Shown in pieces: positions 52,233-64,000 of a stretch of 64,000 nucleotides of DNA (positions are counted from its first letter, which is position 1; the number at the start of each line of letters is the position of its first letter). The stretch spans positions 18,691,968-18,755,967 of the forward strand of contig JAUZTB010000017.1 of the NCBI GenBank assembly GCA_034780895.1, given 5' to 3'. The DNA is from Rhynchobatus australiae. Its lineage: Eukaryota. A program made the position numbers and the translations under genes. The notes beneath the pieces are model-generated. The model had not been told where the DNA came from. It did no database searches and saw nothing but the letters and a program-made list of their open reading frames with translations.

Positions 52233-52372
52233 GTGATAAGATTTATTAGTCACATGTGGTCACAGACGAACTATTTTCAGCAGTCCAAGATGTTGTGCAG
52301 AGTAGAATGAATAGGCTACAATCTTCCTGCTGTAAGAGTGGTGATTTCAAAATATGCTGCATGAGGACTGGT

Positions 52373-52398
52373 TGGGGGGGAGGGGGGGGAGGGGGGGG
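52373..52398 (+). repeat. Poly-G tract (G-quadruplex-capable)
   Basis: Three G8 runs separated by single As. Confidence 0.7.
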
Positions 52399-52779
52399 TG
52401 AAGAGAGAGAAAGGGGTCTGGGCCATTAGTACATTAAAGAAAGCACCTGCCAAGTGGACGATGAATCTCTCAGCAGTAGCTTATGGGAGTGAAAGGCTTT
52501 AATACTGAGGCAGGCCTCAATCTTGCAGCTGCTTCAGTATTCTTCTGGGCCTACAATGCATGGTAGAAATTTTCCAAACTGATGTCAGTTAAGTGCTCCA
52601 TGCCATTTAACATCACAGAGCATGCCCTGTGATCTCTGTACAAATGTTTGCCTACGATGCTCTGCTCAGATCTGAAAATGGCTCTTGAAGCCCAGGTATT
52701 AAATAATAATTTAGTTTGAATATATTAAAGATACTGAGCTTTTGCCGCAAATTAAAACAAAATCAGATTAAGGATATCA

Positions 52780-53270
52780 TTAGCAAGCCTGACATTTATT
52801 CCCCATCGTTGTGCCCCACTGAATGGCCTGCCAGACTATTTGAGAGGGTTATTAAAAGTCAATCACATTGGTCGATCCAAACCAGAAAATAAAGGAAGAT
52901 CTCCTTTCCTAAAAGATATTAGTGTACCAGTTGGGTTTTTAACAACAACCTGGCAATTCCATGGGTATTATAACTGATACTAGCCTTGAAAAATCAACAA
53001 AACCGTAGATGCTGGAAATCCAAAACAAAGATAGAAAACACTGGAAATGTTCAGCAAGTCAGGCTACATCTGTGACATCTCCAACCTGAAATGTAGACTT
53101 GGTTTCTCTTCTCATAGATGCGACTACTGATACTAGCCTCCTTAATTTCAAATTTATTTAATTACTTGAATTAAAACTTCCTCGCCACATTGGTGGGATT
53201 CAAACATGTACTTCTGGGTCAAAATTTCAGGCACCTGTTTGCTAATCTAATAGCTAAATCATTATGCTAT
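52780..53270 (-). mobile_element. Old tRNA-derived SINE interrupted by a Penelope-derived insert
   Basis: Reverse B-box-like gtgggattcaaac; core tttcctaaaagatattagtgtaccagttgggtttttaacaac; LINE-like tail resembling 24075-24100. Confidence 0.55.
52987..53125. mobile_element. 139-bp Penelope-derived insert with a perfect 14-bp TSD
   Basis: ACTGATACTAGCCT at 52973-52986 and 53126-53139; body gtagatgctggaaatc...ctggaaatgttcagcaagtcaggc...catagatgc. Confidence 0.8.
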
Positions 53271-55364
53271 TGTTTGTTGGGGAAGACAAAACCAGTCATG
53301 AGCACTGGAGATCTAAAATTAACTTCCAACCATGAAGAAGTAGTTTAATGCAACCTCCTCTTCCAGTCACCCTCACCAAGTCTAAAACTAATTCCTAACC
53401 CAAATTAAAATCACAACTTACAATCATGATATATCAACACTGGACAATTAGCAGCGATTCTATTCAGCATTAAAAAAATTGAAGATATTTTGCAAAATCT
53501 ACTAGGATTACTACCGTAAATCTAAAGAAATCCAGCCAAGCCCTATAATTTTACTAAACAGGCAACATTATTATAGATCCTTCCATTGCCTAGAGCTGTC
53601 CTCCAAGGTTCCTGCCCAGTCACACTATCTGGGACTAATGCGGTAGGCCAAACCAAACCTACTAACCCTCTGTGCCTTGGAGTCAGCCAATTAACTTTTG
53701 AGGGCCTTTTAAAGAACACCCTAACAAGCTTTGACTGAAAATAAAGCAGGGGCCAGAGCTTTTGTTTCCGTGATTTACTTTTAACAGTTTTTAAAACGTC
53801 TTCTGCATTCAAAGATGCATAAAAATATTAATACTGATGTAAATAATTAATAGAAATTAAAGTATTTCAAAAGTAAAGTTAATTAAACAAATTTGATCAC
53901 TTTGAAGTTATAAGAATACTGAACTAAAACCTTACCATCCACTTTCCTGAGTCCGAGAATCAAAATTGAATTGAATGAGGTCTCAGATCCTACATGAGTG
54001 CTGACTTGGTAGATGATTATAGAGAAGATATCCCAGGATGAAGCGAAGTGACAGACCAGTCTGAGACTTACTGCTGACCTGCCAAGATCTGGACTATGTC
54101 CAAATTTCTGAAAACTTGTGGTGACCTTCAGAACTGCCACCTACAGCAAACAAGATTTAATATATGGTCTCTTCAAATACCTAGGAAGGATATAACATGT
54201 TTAATAGGTTGGCTGAATAAATTATGTACAACAACCCAAGCTTTCAATATATAGATGAGAAATTCATAGGGAGTAATGTGTGAAACTATTTTGCTTAAAT
54301 TAATATATTGAGAGCAAACTTTCTGATAAAGTAATTGACTCCTCCATTTCTTTACCTCTCTTTGCTGTAATCTTCAAGCACAACTCAGCCCACTTGCACA
54401 GTTGCCTCTCAGGCTTGGTAGAGAAATAAAGTGTCACTGAGATAGCATCTGTGTTTACCATGTTACAGAAGGTGCTGCCATTTTCATAGCACCACACGTT
54501 TGGAATTTAGATATGTAGGTTCAAAACAGGTCTCAACAGTTTGAGATCTCTATCTTAGACCAATAAAACTTCTTACAGATCAATTTTAAACAAAAGAACA
54601 AATGACAGCTCTACATATCATGCCATTTGTCAGTATCCTGTCACCCCCAGAGTGAACACAAAAGCACAAGAAAGAGCTCCCTGCAACTTCTGCTTTCAGN
54701 NNNNNNNNNNNNNNNNNNNNNNNNNNNNNNNNNNNNNNNNNNNNNNNNNNNNNNTTTTATTTATCTCAGTTTAATGACCCCTAATATGAAGCAGCTTAGC
54801 ATTTTCATTATTTTTGTGGTTTTATTCAAAATCCTATGGTCATGGAGAAGGTAGTAGATGAGCTACCACTTTGGCTTAAATTTGTGATTGGCTGGTATTA
54901 GAAGCAGTAAAGTAGTAAATGTTGTTCCCTGTTTCCTCAAACAGAAGTTTAACACAGCAGTGAATCCCCATAAACCTTACTTAAAGTAAAGCAAGGAATG
55001 CTACTCAATTGCCCTTCTCAAATCAGCCTCCCATAATTGTTTGTCAAGAGCACTACATAATATTGGGACATTTCCGAAGACAAACTGTGATGAACAGTTA
55101 CAAATCCAAAGTTGTCATGGACAACTGAAAGAGTTTTCATTGTTAATTTTTTTTATGCATACAACAAACTTTTATCTTCACAAAAAAAGCATATTTGTTT
55201 TCTGCAGATAACCATGATGCATTTTAAAAATATTGACATATGTTTGAAAGCAGACAGCTATGTCAGGTAGAACACTGATGACATCACATTATAAGCCATC
55301 AATCATTATGTGCTGCTGCCAAAGAATCTATTATAACATCCTCTGAAAACTCAGCTTGGATGCA

Positions 55365-55710
55365 AGAGTACAAGAAATAGGAGCTGGAGTTAGTCACACA
55401 GCTGCAACGTACCCCACTGTCTGATAACATTGCGACTCATCCTCTAACTCAGGCCCACATTCTTGCTCAATTCTACATTTCTTGAATCCCTTAAGAAGTC
55501 AAACTTTCCATCAGTTTCATCCTGAATATACAGTATGACTGAGCACCTGGGATGGCGACTCTTTTAAAAAACATCCCAAAATTAAATTTTCCGGAAAGAT
55601 TTTTTTCCACACCTTAGCTCTATATAGTTACACCCTCCCTTCAATACTCTGCCCTCTAGATCAAGGTTTCCAGACAGGTAAATACTCAGTCACGAGTCTA
55701 TCCTATGAAC
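55365..55710 (-). mobile_element. Decayed CR1-like 3' fragment
   Basis: Starts caagagtacaagaaataggagctggagt, as does the copy at 8205. Confidence 0.55.
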
Positions 55711-58700
55711 CATTTCAGCAACTTCTAGCCTCCACAGACCATTGATCAACCCTGCTTAGTGTGTAGTATTAAACATGCTTTATATTAGCGGCTCTATGTT
55801 TTATTCCATTTCTCAAATTCTGTTTCATAGTATGGAATTTCAAACACAAAGTTCAACAGACAGCTACTAATGTGAAGAACAGGTTCTCTTTCTATAGATA
55901 ATGCCTGGCCTGCTGAGTGTTTCCAACATTTTCTCCACAGATATTGTCAGGCATCTAACATTTTTGATTTTTAAGCATCTACAGAATTTTGCTTCTGTAA
56001 CTAAGGCATTTTGCCTTGGGGCTCAACACATTAATTCAGCACCACCATGCAATCTGCACCATAAACACTCAAAAGGTTAACAATACCATTACAAATCATT
56101 TGCCCAAGTAAGAATGGGTAAATGACATGCTGTACTTCAACACTATGCTTGAATGTTAAGGAGATACTCTTTAATATGCGACAGTCATTAGGATGTAATA
56201 CCGCTGCTCTTCTGATGTGATGCGATTCTGAAGCCTTGTGGTTTGCCATAATGTAAACCCTTCAATTGTAAATACTGTGATTTGTATCATAGTCATGCTG
56301 AACAAGGAATTAATGAAGTTTTCCTGGGTAAACACAAGCATTGGCTATGGTTTGTATCACGATATTATCACTAATCTAATAGGTACCTTCTTTACATATG
56401 TGATGAATAATTTTCTGCAAAAATAGCATTGCTGAAAGCATGCAGCAATACCATCAGAAGCATATTTATAACTGCACACTCTGCAGAAGCTTGTCAAGAC
56501 ATTTCTTTCCCTCACATATGAAGCTCATCAGATCGCAATCTCTACATTTATTTGCCTGAATCAGGGTTGTAACTTAATCCATTTAACTGATGCATGTGAA
56601 GAACATAACAAAAAGTGTCATTGGCCATTCCTGATCCAGCAGACAATGAGCAGCTTGACTAAATCAACATTCCCAGTCCAGAACATTGTGTGAGGGGACC
56701 TTATTTCATCTTGTGCCCCAATTAATATCCAAAATAAGAATATACTCTATTTTAACAATAATACTTACTTCAACGAACATTCCACTATAGAAATACAGAA
56801 GTGATGAAAGCAAAAAGAGAATACTTTATTTTTAATAGAACAGCCAGTCACTTGACAGGGTCACCTTGATTGGTCTGATTGCTAAGAGGTGCAATGTTGA
56901 TCAACATTGCAAAGCCATACTCCTACAAATGCCATCACAGTAGATAATGTTAAAAAATGGAACCAAACACACATTGTTGTCTGTATTGATAAACACATTA
57001 CTGAAAACAACCAATTATCAGAGAAAAACACACAGAAACTTAATAGACTACCTAGACACAAGACTTTAATTCAGTACTGAAATAAATGACAAACATAGTA
57101 ACGTGATCCTCGAAGATCATGGCAGGCCGTTAGTTAAAATGCAATTTTTATAATGCAGGACATTACTGACAGATTAACTCACAGACTGCCTTCTTAGCGC
57201 TATTTTCAAAGCTACAATGAAAGGATCGTTCTGGTTGATTGAGCTAATTACAATTCAGTAAAGTGCAAATCATAGGAAGACTGTCACCATTTTGAAAAAT
57301 GTTCAGGTTTGTGAGCAAGTCTGTGAGGAAAACGGTTCTTAAATCACTAGATAATTAAGGATGAGATGGTCATTCAAATCTTAATTCATTCCAGCTGAAA
57401 CAGCCCAGGGTTCTCCCAGTGCAACATCCCATCCATTGTTTCTCAAATGATGGCAGATTTTGGGTTTCCAGTGCTTGTTCCATGTATTGATCATTCTTGT
57501 ATCAACATAACTTAGCATCTTCGGTTCTAATTTGCTTTTTGTTAGTCTGAGCCATTATCCCTATCTTCACAGTTTGATGTATGTTAATATTTTGGATTTG
57601 GCCTTTTTAATACTTAAGACTGCTAAAAGGTCAATTCTCATATATTTATTTCCACAATGCAAAGTTGACTATAGCCACTATCCATTGAACAAGAAGATGG
57701 CCCCATTCTGGCTCCTGATCTTCCTTGCACAATTTTTGGGGGTTCTTCACAAAGAAGCCCAAATGCCCATCTCTTTCAGGCATGGGGCTATTTGCAACAT
57801 GAAAACTGAGGTTCTGTGATGTCCCTGCTCTTTTAAACTCATTACTTCTAGCTCTGCATGGGGCCTGGTGAATTTTCTATAGACTATTTATTAGATTACT
57901 TAATAAGCAAACCAAATGAATAATATCCCATTAGACTAAAAGGAGAAAATGTACACAGTGAAAATCAGCTGTAGTGGGCCTCAAAAAAAATCAAACAACA
58001 TATGCTTGTATTATGCTGATCAGTATTTTGGGGTGCCTCAAGCATACTACTTACATACAGTCAATTCAAAGTTTTAAGATTCATTATCAACCACTACCCT
58101 GCACAAAATCAGGGCCATTCAGCAACTAGTTACTATAAATATTTAAGCAGGGATGTCAAGTGGNNNNNNNNNNNNNNNNNNNNNNNNNNNNNNNNNNNNN
58201 NNNNNNNNNNNNNNNNNNNNNNNNNNNNNNNNNNNNNNNNNNNNNNNNNNNNNNNNNNNNNNNNNNNNNNNNNNNNNNNNNNNNNNNNNNNNNNNNNNNN
58301 NNNNNNNNNNNNNNNNNNNNNNNNNNNNNNNNNNNNNNNNNNNNNNNNNNNNNNNNNNNNNNNNNNNNNNNNNNNNNNNNNNNNNNNNNNNNNNATCCGA
58401 ACATTTTTGCTTAAAAAGTACACCAAATGATCAAAATACTACTTAAGTAATTATCTTCAATGAAACATTATTTTTAAACAACAAACCACAATTTAAGCAG
58501 TGAAAATTATATTATCAAATTCATTCTAATCAGAACACTCAAGCTCACTACTGAAAAAATAAACAGAATTCAGTGATACAAACAAAACAATGAATGAAAA
58601 GGCAGAATACCAAATTACCAGAATACTACCAGAATACTGCCAGAATACAAAAGAAAACCACAGAACAGCAAATGCCCTCATTTTATCATTCTTTCGTACA

Positions 58701-58914
58701 GGTGCTCCCTTCTTTTTTCCCCACAAGTATGGTTGTGGAGAGAACAGCAATAGGTCACTATTGAAAAGGGAAAGATGTTAGTCTGTCATAGGGAAAACTT
58801 TAAACATATACACATACACATACATATTTTAAAAATAATATTTATTTATCAGCATCACTGGTTTAACTGCAACCCAAATGTATCTCAAAGCAAGTGATCC
58901 AATTCAGACCCAAC

Positions 58915-59050
58915 TGAAGAATTTTTAGACAGGTACTTGGATTGGTAAGGAGTGGAGGGATATGGGCCTAATGTGGGCAGGGCATCACAGTTGGCATGGA
59001 CAAGTTGGGCTGAAGGACACATTTCTGCATTGTATAACTCTATGACTCAA
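58915..59050 (+). mobile_element. CR1 3' tail
   Basis: tttagacaggtacttgga...ttgggctgaagg...ataactctatgactc. Confidence 0.75.
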
Positions 59051-59439
59051 ATTGAAACTTAGATACTCAACATCAGAAGTTTCTGATCATAGTCTTCAGT
59101 TGGTTATATGGATCATCATTCAAGGGCAGCCTCAGACTCACCATCTAAAAATCCTCCCAAAATTTTCAACCATGGCCAAAGCTAACAGAAACACTCAGAA
59201 GCAGCAAAATAAATTTACAGAAATGACCACCGATTTCCAGCCAGTTATCCAAATGTTCAGCTATTGTTGCTCCTCCCCATTCTAATGCATGACATGCCTT
59301 CATTCCAGAGCTGATCACCTGAAATCAATCCTCTTCTTTTCTCCCTAACCAGAGTTTTAAAAAACTAAATGGAGAGGTCTATATATTTTTGGATAATTAA
59401 AGGAATCATCGGATGAGGTTAGTGCTGAAAAGTGGTTTT

Positions 59440-59755
59440 ATGCATTGCATCTACCATTATAGGAAAGACATCATTAAGCTGGAAATAGTGCAAAGAAGAT
59501 TTACAAGATTGTTGCCAGGGATTGAGGGCCTGAGTAATAGGGAGAGGTTGGACAGGCTGGGACTTTATTCCTTGGAGCATGGAGACTGACAGGGGAACTT
59601 ATAGAGGTGTATAAAATCATGAGGGGCATAGATAGGGTGAATGCACACAGTCTTTTTCTCAGGGTTGGGAAATCAAGGACTAGAGGGCACAGGGTTGAGG
59701 TGAGAGAAGAAAGATTTCAAAAGGGACCTGAGGGGCAACTTCTTCACACAGAGGT
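59440..59755 (+). mobile_element. CR1-like LINE fragment
   Basis: YRKDIIKLEIVQRRFTRLLPG...YKIMRGIDRVNAHSLFLRVGKSRTRGH. Confidence 0.88.
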
Positions 59756-60199
59756 TGGTGAGGAAGGTGGGGGGGGGGGGGGTAAGGGAAAGAAATGAGG
59801 AGTAAGCAGAGGGGGAGGAGTAAACAGAGAAAGATGTTATCTTGCCAAGTCTTTCTTTGAAGAACTTGAGTGTTAGTCTTGGAAATTTTTCAGAACTTCA
59901 TGTTTCTACATTAATCAGTAGGTATACTTGTATCCAAAATTGTTTTAAACTCTTGAAAGCAAGTGTGCTCAATACATTTGCCGAAACCTGCTGACCCATG
60001 TAATACTGGACTCTCTCTACTTATTTTTTTGAAAAACTGAACACTGAACAGGTAAATACAAGAATAACATGAAAACAAAATTTTAAATTCTAGCACACCT
60101 TAAAATGTCTACTGAATGATTTCAGGCAACATTGCACCAACATCCATTACAATTAAGGCCAAGATCAAACTTCTATGACTTGCTACTGCAGAACAGGGC

Positions 60200-61992
60200 A
60201 AATTTACACCACCATCAAGAATGCTTACTGTGCCATCCTGCACCTGCCCTTTGTCAAGTCTGATCATCTAGCTATACTTCTACTCTTGGTGTATAGGCAG
60301 GGACTGAGGACCACAGCACCAGTGGCGAGGACCGCGAAGGTATGGTCAAGGGAAGCAGACGAGCATTTACAGGACTGCTTTGAATCGGTGGACTGGACCA
60401 TATTCAGGGATTCATCTGCGGATCTGAATGAATAAGCAATGGCCATCAGCGACTTCATTAAGACCTGCATGGATGAGTGTGTGCCTTCGAGAACATACCA
60501 AGTTTTCCCAAACCAGAAGCCCTCATTGAACCAGGAGATTCGCAGTTTGCTGGGGGCTAGATCTGTGGCATTCAAAGCAATTCCGTGTGAAATTAGAGAC
60601 ACAATGGGTGTATGACATCTGTGACAGGGTTTGCATGCCACTACTTCCTACAAGGCAAAGCCTAACAGCATAAATGGCAGTGATGCTTCACTCCCCGATG
60701 AGCTCAATGCCTTTTATGCACACTTTGAAAGGGAGAAGAAAACTACACCTGTGTGACTTCCCACAGCATCTGGTGACTCTGTGATCTGTCTCAGAGGCTG
60801 ATGACAGAACACCCTTTGAGAGGGTGAATCCACACAAGGTGTCAGGCCCCGATGGTGTACTTGGCTGGGTACTGAAAACCTGTGGCGACCAACTGGCTGG
60901 AGTGTTCAAGAACATCTTCAACTGCTGCAGTCTGAAGTTCCCATCTGCTTCAAAAGGGCAGCAATCATACCAGTGCCCAAGAAGAACAGAGTGAGCTGCC
61001 TGAACTACTATCGCAAATTAGCACTCACATCTACTGTGATGAAGTGCTTTGAGAGGTTGGTTATGGCTAGAATTAACTCCTGCCTGAGTAAGGACCTGGC
61101 CCAGCTGCAATTTGCTTACTGCCACAACAGGTCTACAGCAGACGCAATCTCACTGGCTCTCCACTCTGCTTTGGAGCACCTGAACAACAGCAAAACATAC
61201 ACCAGGCTGCTGTTTATCAATTACAGCTCGGCATTCAACACCATCATTCCCTCAGGATTAATCAACAAGCTTCAAAACCTGGGCCTCTGTACCTCCCTCT
61301 GCAAATGGATCCTCAACTTCTTTATCAGGAGACCACAGTCAGTGCGGATCAGTAACAACATCTCTTCCTCATTAACAATCAACACAGGTGGACCTCAAGG
61401 ATGCATGCTTAGCCTACTGCTCTACTCTCTCTACACTCATGACTGTGTGACCAAGCACAATCAATTGCCATCTGTAAATTCGCTGATGACACTACTATTG
61501 TTGGTAGAATCTCAGATGGCGACAAGGAGGCATACAGGAGTGAGACAGATGAATTGGTTGAATGGTGTCGCAATAACAACCTCACACTCAACGTCAGCAA
61601 AACTAAGGAAATGACTGCAGACTTTAAGAAGGGGAAGTTGGGAGAACACACACCAGTACTCATTGAGGGGTCAGCGGTGGAAAGGGTGAGCAGCTTCAAG
61701 TTCCTGGGTGTCAACACCTCAGGATCTATCCTGGGTCCAACACATTGATCCAATCACGTTATTACCATTGGGGAGGAGCTACAGGAGCCTGAAGATCCAC
61801 TCTCAGTGATTTAGGAACAGCTTCTTCCCCTCCACCATCATATTTCTGAATGGTCAATGAACCCGTCAACACTACCTCATTATTTTTTTTGCACTATTTA
61901 TTTTGTAATTTATAGTATTTTATGCATTTGCACTGTATTGCTGCTGCAAATTTCAAGACATACGTCAGTGATAATAAAGCTGATTCTGATTT
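60200..61992 (+). mobile_element. Rex1/Babar-clade LINE, 5'-truncated, with stops, frameshifts and internal deletions
   Basis: PFVKSDHLAILL (APE C-terminus); [50 protein letters not shown] and frameshifted KFADDTT; tail aataaagctgattctgatt. Confidence 0.93.
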
Positions 61993-63646
61993 AAGGACAA
62001 AGGATTGAGGGCCACTGGTTGTATCCGGGTCAGGTCTTAACAATCAAGGCCTCAATCGGAGGGTTGCTGAACTAAAATGGGGGAGAAGACTGGCACTTTG
62101 GAAATATGGCACTGGATAAACTATAAGAATGGGACTTACCTTATTGGGAACCTTATCCGGTACTGCACTGCAGAGATATAATTGTCCAAAATAAACCCAA
62201 TGTTGGATGCTCCTGGGGCAACCTGATCTAATTTCCTCCACCATGCCTCAGTGGAATGGTCTATGGGGAACTGTAATTTGACACAAGTGTGAGTATGGCA
62301 CATGCTATGAAGTGCTTGGCCAAATTTTCAAAGATTTACATGTAACTNNNNNNNNNNNNNNNNNNNCATGTTTTAGTACATTTGTAATCTTGTAAAACTG
62401 AAATGAACAGCACTGCACATTCTAATTTTTAGTCACAGGACTTCTAACATCTTGAAGAGCCAAAATAAGGCCATTAACCTTTACATGATGTCTTTAACAA
62501 ATGAGATTTCAAGCTGTACATTATTCAAATGGGGATTCTGGGAATTTCTCAGTCATTAGATCCCTATTTGCATGAACTTATTAACTCACCAGCAGATTAT
62601 TTTACAGCAAAGTATTTAAGAGGTTCCTTTTAATCAATAGTAGTTTTTTTTAGATTAATGACTACATCGTTCAAACCTTATGATGCAGTGGGCCCCTAAA
62701 CATGTGCCATTATCCTCAGGGGTCCCCAACAGAGAAAATGCTGAAAGCAGCTGTCTTATATGGCTGTTTGCAATCTTAAGTTTCCAGCTTGTTCACTACA
62801 TGATGGTAAAATATATTTATACTAATATTACAATAATTAAAATCAGGAGGTGCTTTATACCTGTAATAAAAGTGCAGAGACAAGTGCAGGCCATTTGGTC
62901 CCTTAAGGATATTCTAGCGTTCAGACGATGGATAATTTGTAACATAACTCCATATTCCTGGATACATCCATGCAAAATAAAAACAATAAACGTAACTGAA
63001 AATTAAAATTGAAACAGCTGGAGGTAGACTTTCTGATATGAGCATGGATATTACAGGAGTTATTTGGTATGGGTGTTATATTCAGCTCAGAAGTTTCCAT
63101 GCATTGAATACTCATGGAGAGGTATGACATGCTGAGGGACAGACTAACAACAGGAGCATTGATCAACTATTCGCAACTATAGTTGCTCGTACACAAAGTC
63201 ACAACATATTTGGTCTATCCATCAGGTGACAGAATGTGTGTTAGAAAGCAGGTGAACTTTCCAGACACTACATCTCCAGCAATCTCATAACCCAACACTT
63301 AATCCCAAAAAAAATCCATTGATCCCAGAGGCTAGTCATTTGAACTATCCCTGGCTTAAAGTAGCAACTGGAACAACCTGAAACACAGGAATCATAGTTT
63401 ATTGGCCTGGGAAAGTTTGAAAGTGTCACACTACTAACATATCTGGTTAGATTATTTTTCTACCACTGTGGAGAGAATTTCATTCCCCCTCCACCAACCT
63501 GGGTCAACTAATCAAAAGATGCACTTCAATGGCATGTACAGGACATAGTTGGGATTGCGTATTGGTTCAGTGCATGGCCAACATACAAACACATCAGCAT
63601 TTGGGTGAAAGCCTCTGTAAACAACCTATTTTATTACATCATGAAT

Positions 63647-63686
63647 GCAACAGTGTTTCCACAGCAACAGTGTTTCCACAGCAACA
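63647..63686. repeat. 17-bp tandem duplication
   Basis: gcaacagtgtttccaca x2 plus gcaaca. Confidence 0.85.
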
Positions 63687-64000
63687 TACTCCTGATTATC
63701 TTCTGTCTACATCTACTACTGACTGTGGATGGTCCACTATTATTAGTGTACAGTTACTTGGCTGGCCCTCTCCAAAAACAGTGATTTTCAAGATTCTTTT
63801 TTTATATAAATCTCATTATTTGCCATGCATTAAAGATGCAATTTGAACAGGATCCTCCAAGCTGATGTATTCAGTTCTCAATCATTGGATTCACAATTGT
63901 GACAGGGGTGACCAGCAGGCAGTTCTCAAAACTACCTTCACCTGCAAAGAACTCAACCATGATGGACCACCTTCAAATAATTGTGGCTGTTTTCTGTTAG

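Noticed and set aside
60973-61614. 213-aa ORF as a functional gene
   Set aside because: It is a frameshifted fragment of a Rex1/Babar reverse transcriptase, with stops upstream.
62141-62170. Possible minus-strand micro-exon (ctgcag ... AAG|gtaagt)
   Set aside because: There is no recognisable protein similarity or partner exon, and such sites occur by chance in 64 kb.
34200-64000. Exons of a neighbouring gene such as ATE1
   Set aside because: No recognisable coding exon was found. Small exons could have been missed by eye.

Overview
AT-rich vertebrate genomic DNA from a gapped assembly. The repeat content (CR1-like LINEs, V-SINEs, Deu-type SINEs, Rex1/Babar, Penelope-like elements) points to a cartilaginous fish, probably a ray or skate. 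The only host gene supported is the 5' part of FGFR2 on the minus strand. Its four coding exons are the signal-peptide exon (30798-31027), Ig-I (10150-10419), the acid box (7930-8004) and the start of Ig-II (1-99, truncated by the window edge); all join in phase 1 at GT-AG sites. A non-coding first exon and promoter probably lie near 33.5-34.1 kb. The rest is intronic or upstream DNA rich in decayed transposons. The main observations are: (i) Penelope-derived inverted elements carrying minimal hammerhead-ribozyme motifs and 13-17 bp target-site duplications (TSDs), two motifs being in FGFR2 sense orientation; (ii) a TSD-flanked insert made of a minisatellite body plus a CR1 tail; (iii) an upstream-ATG/uORF cluster in front of the FGFR2 start codon; (iv) two V-SINEs with different LINE tails; (v) several candidate conserved enhancers. 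All comparisons to human FGFR2 and repeat consensuses are from memory, with no database search. Repeat boundaries are approximate.
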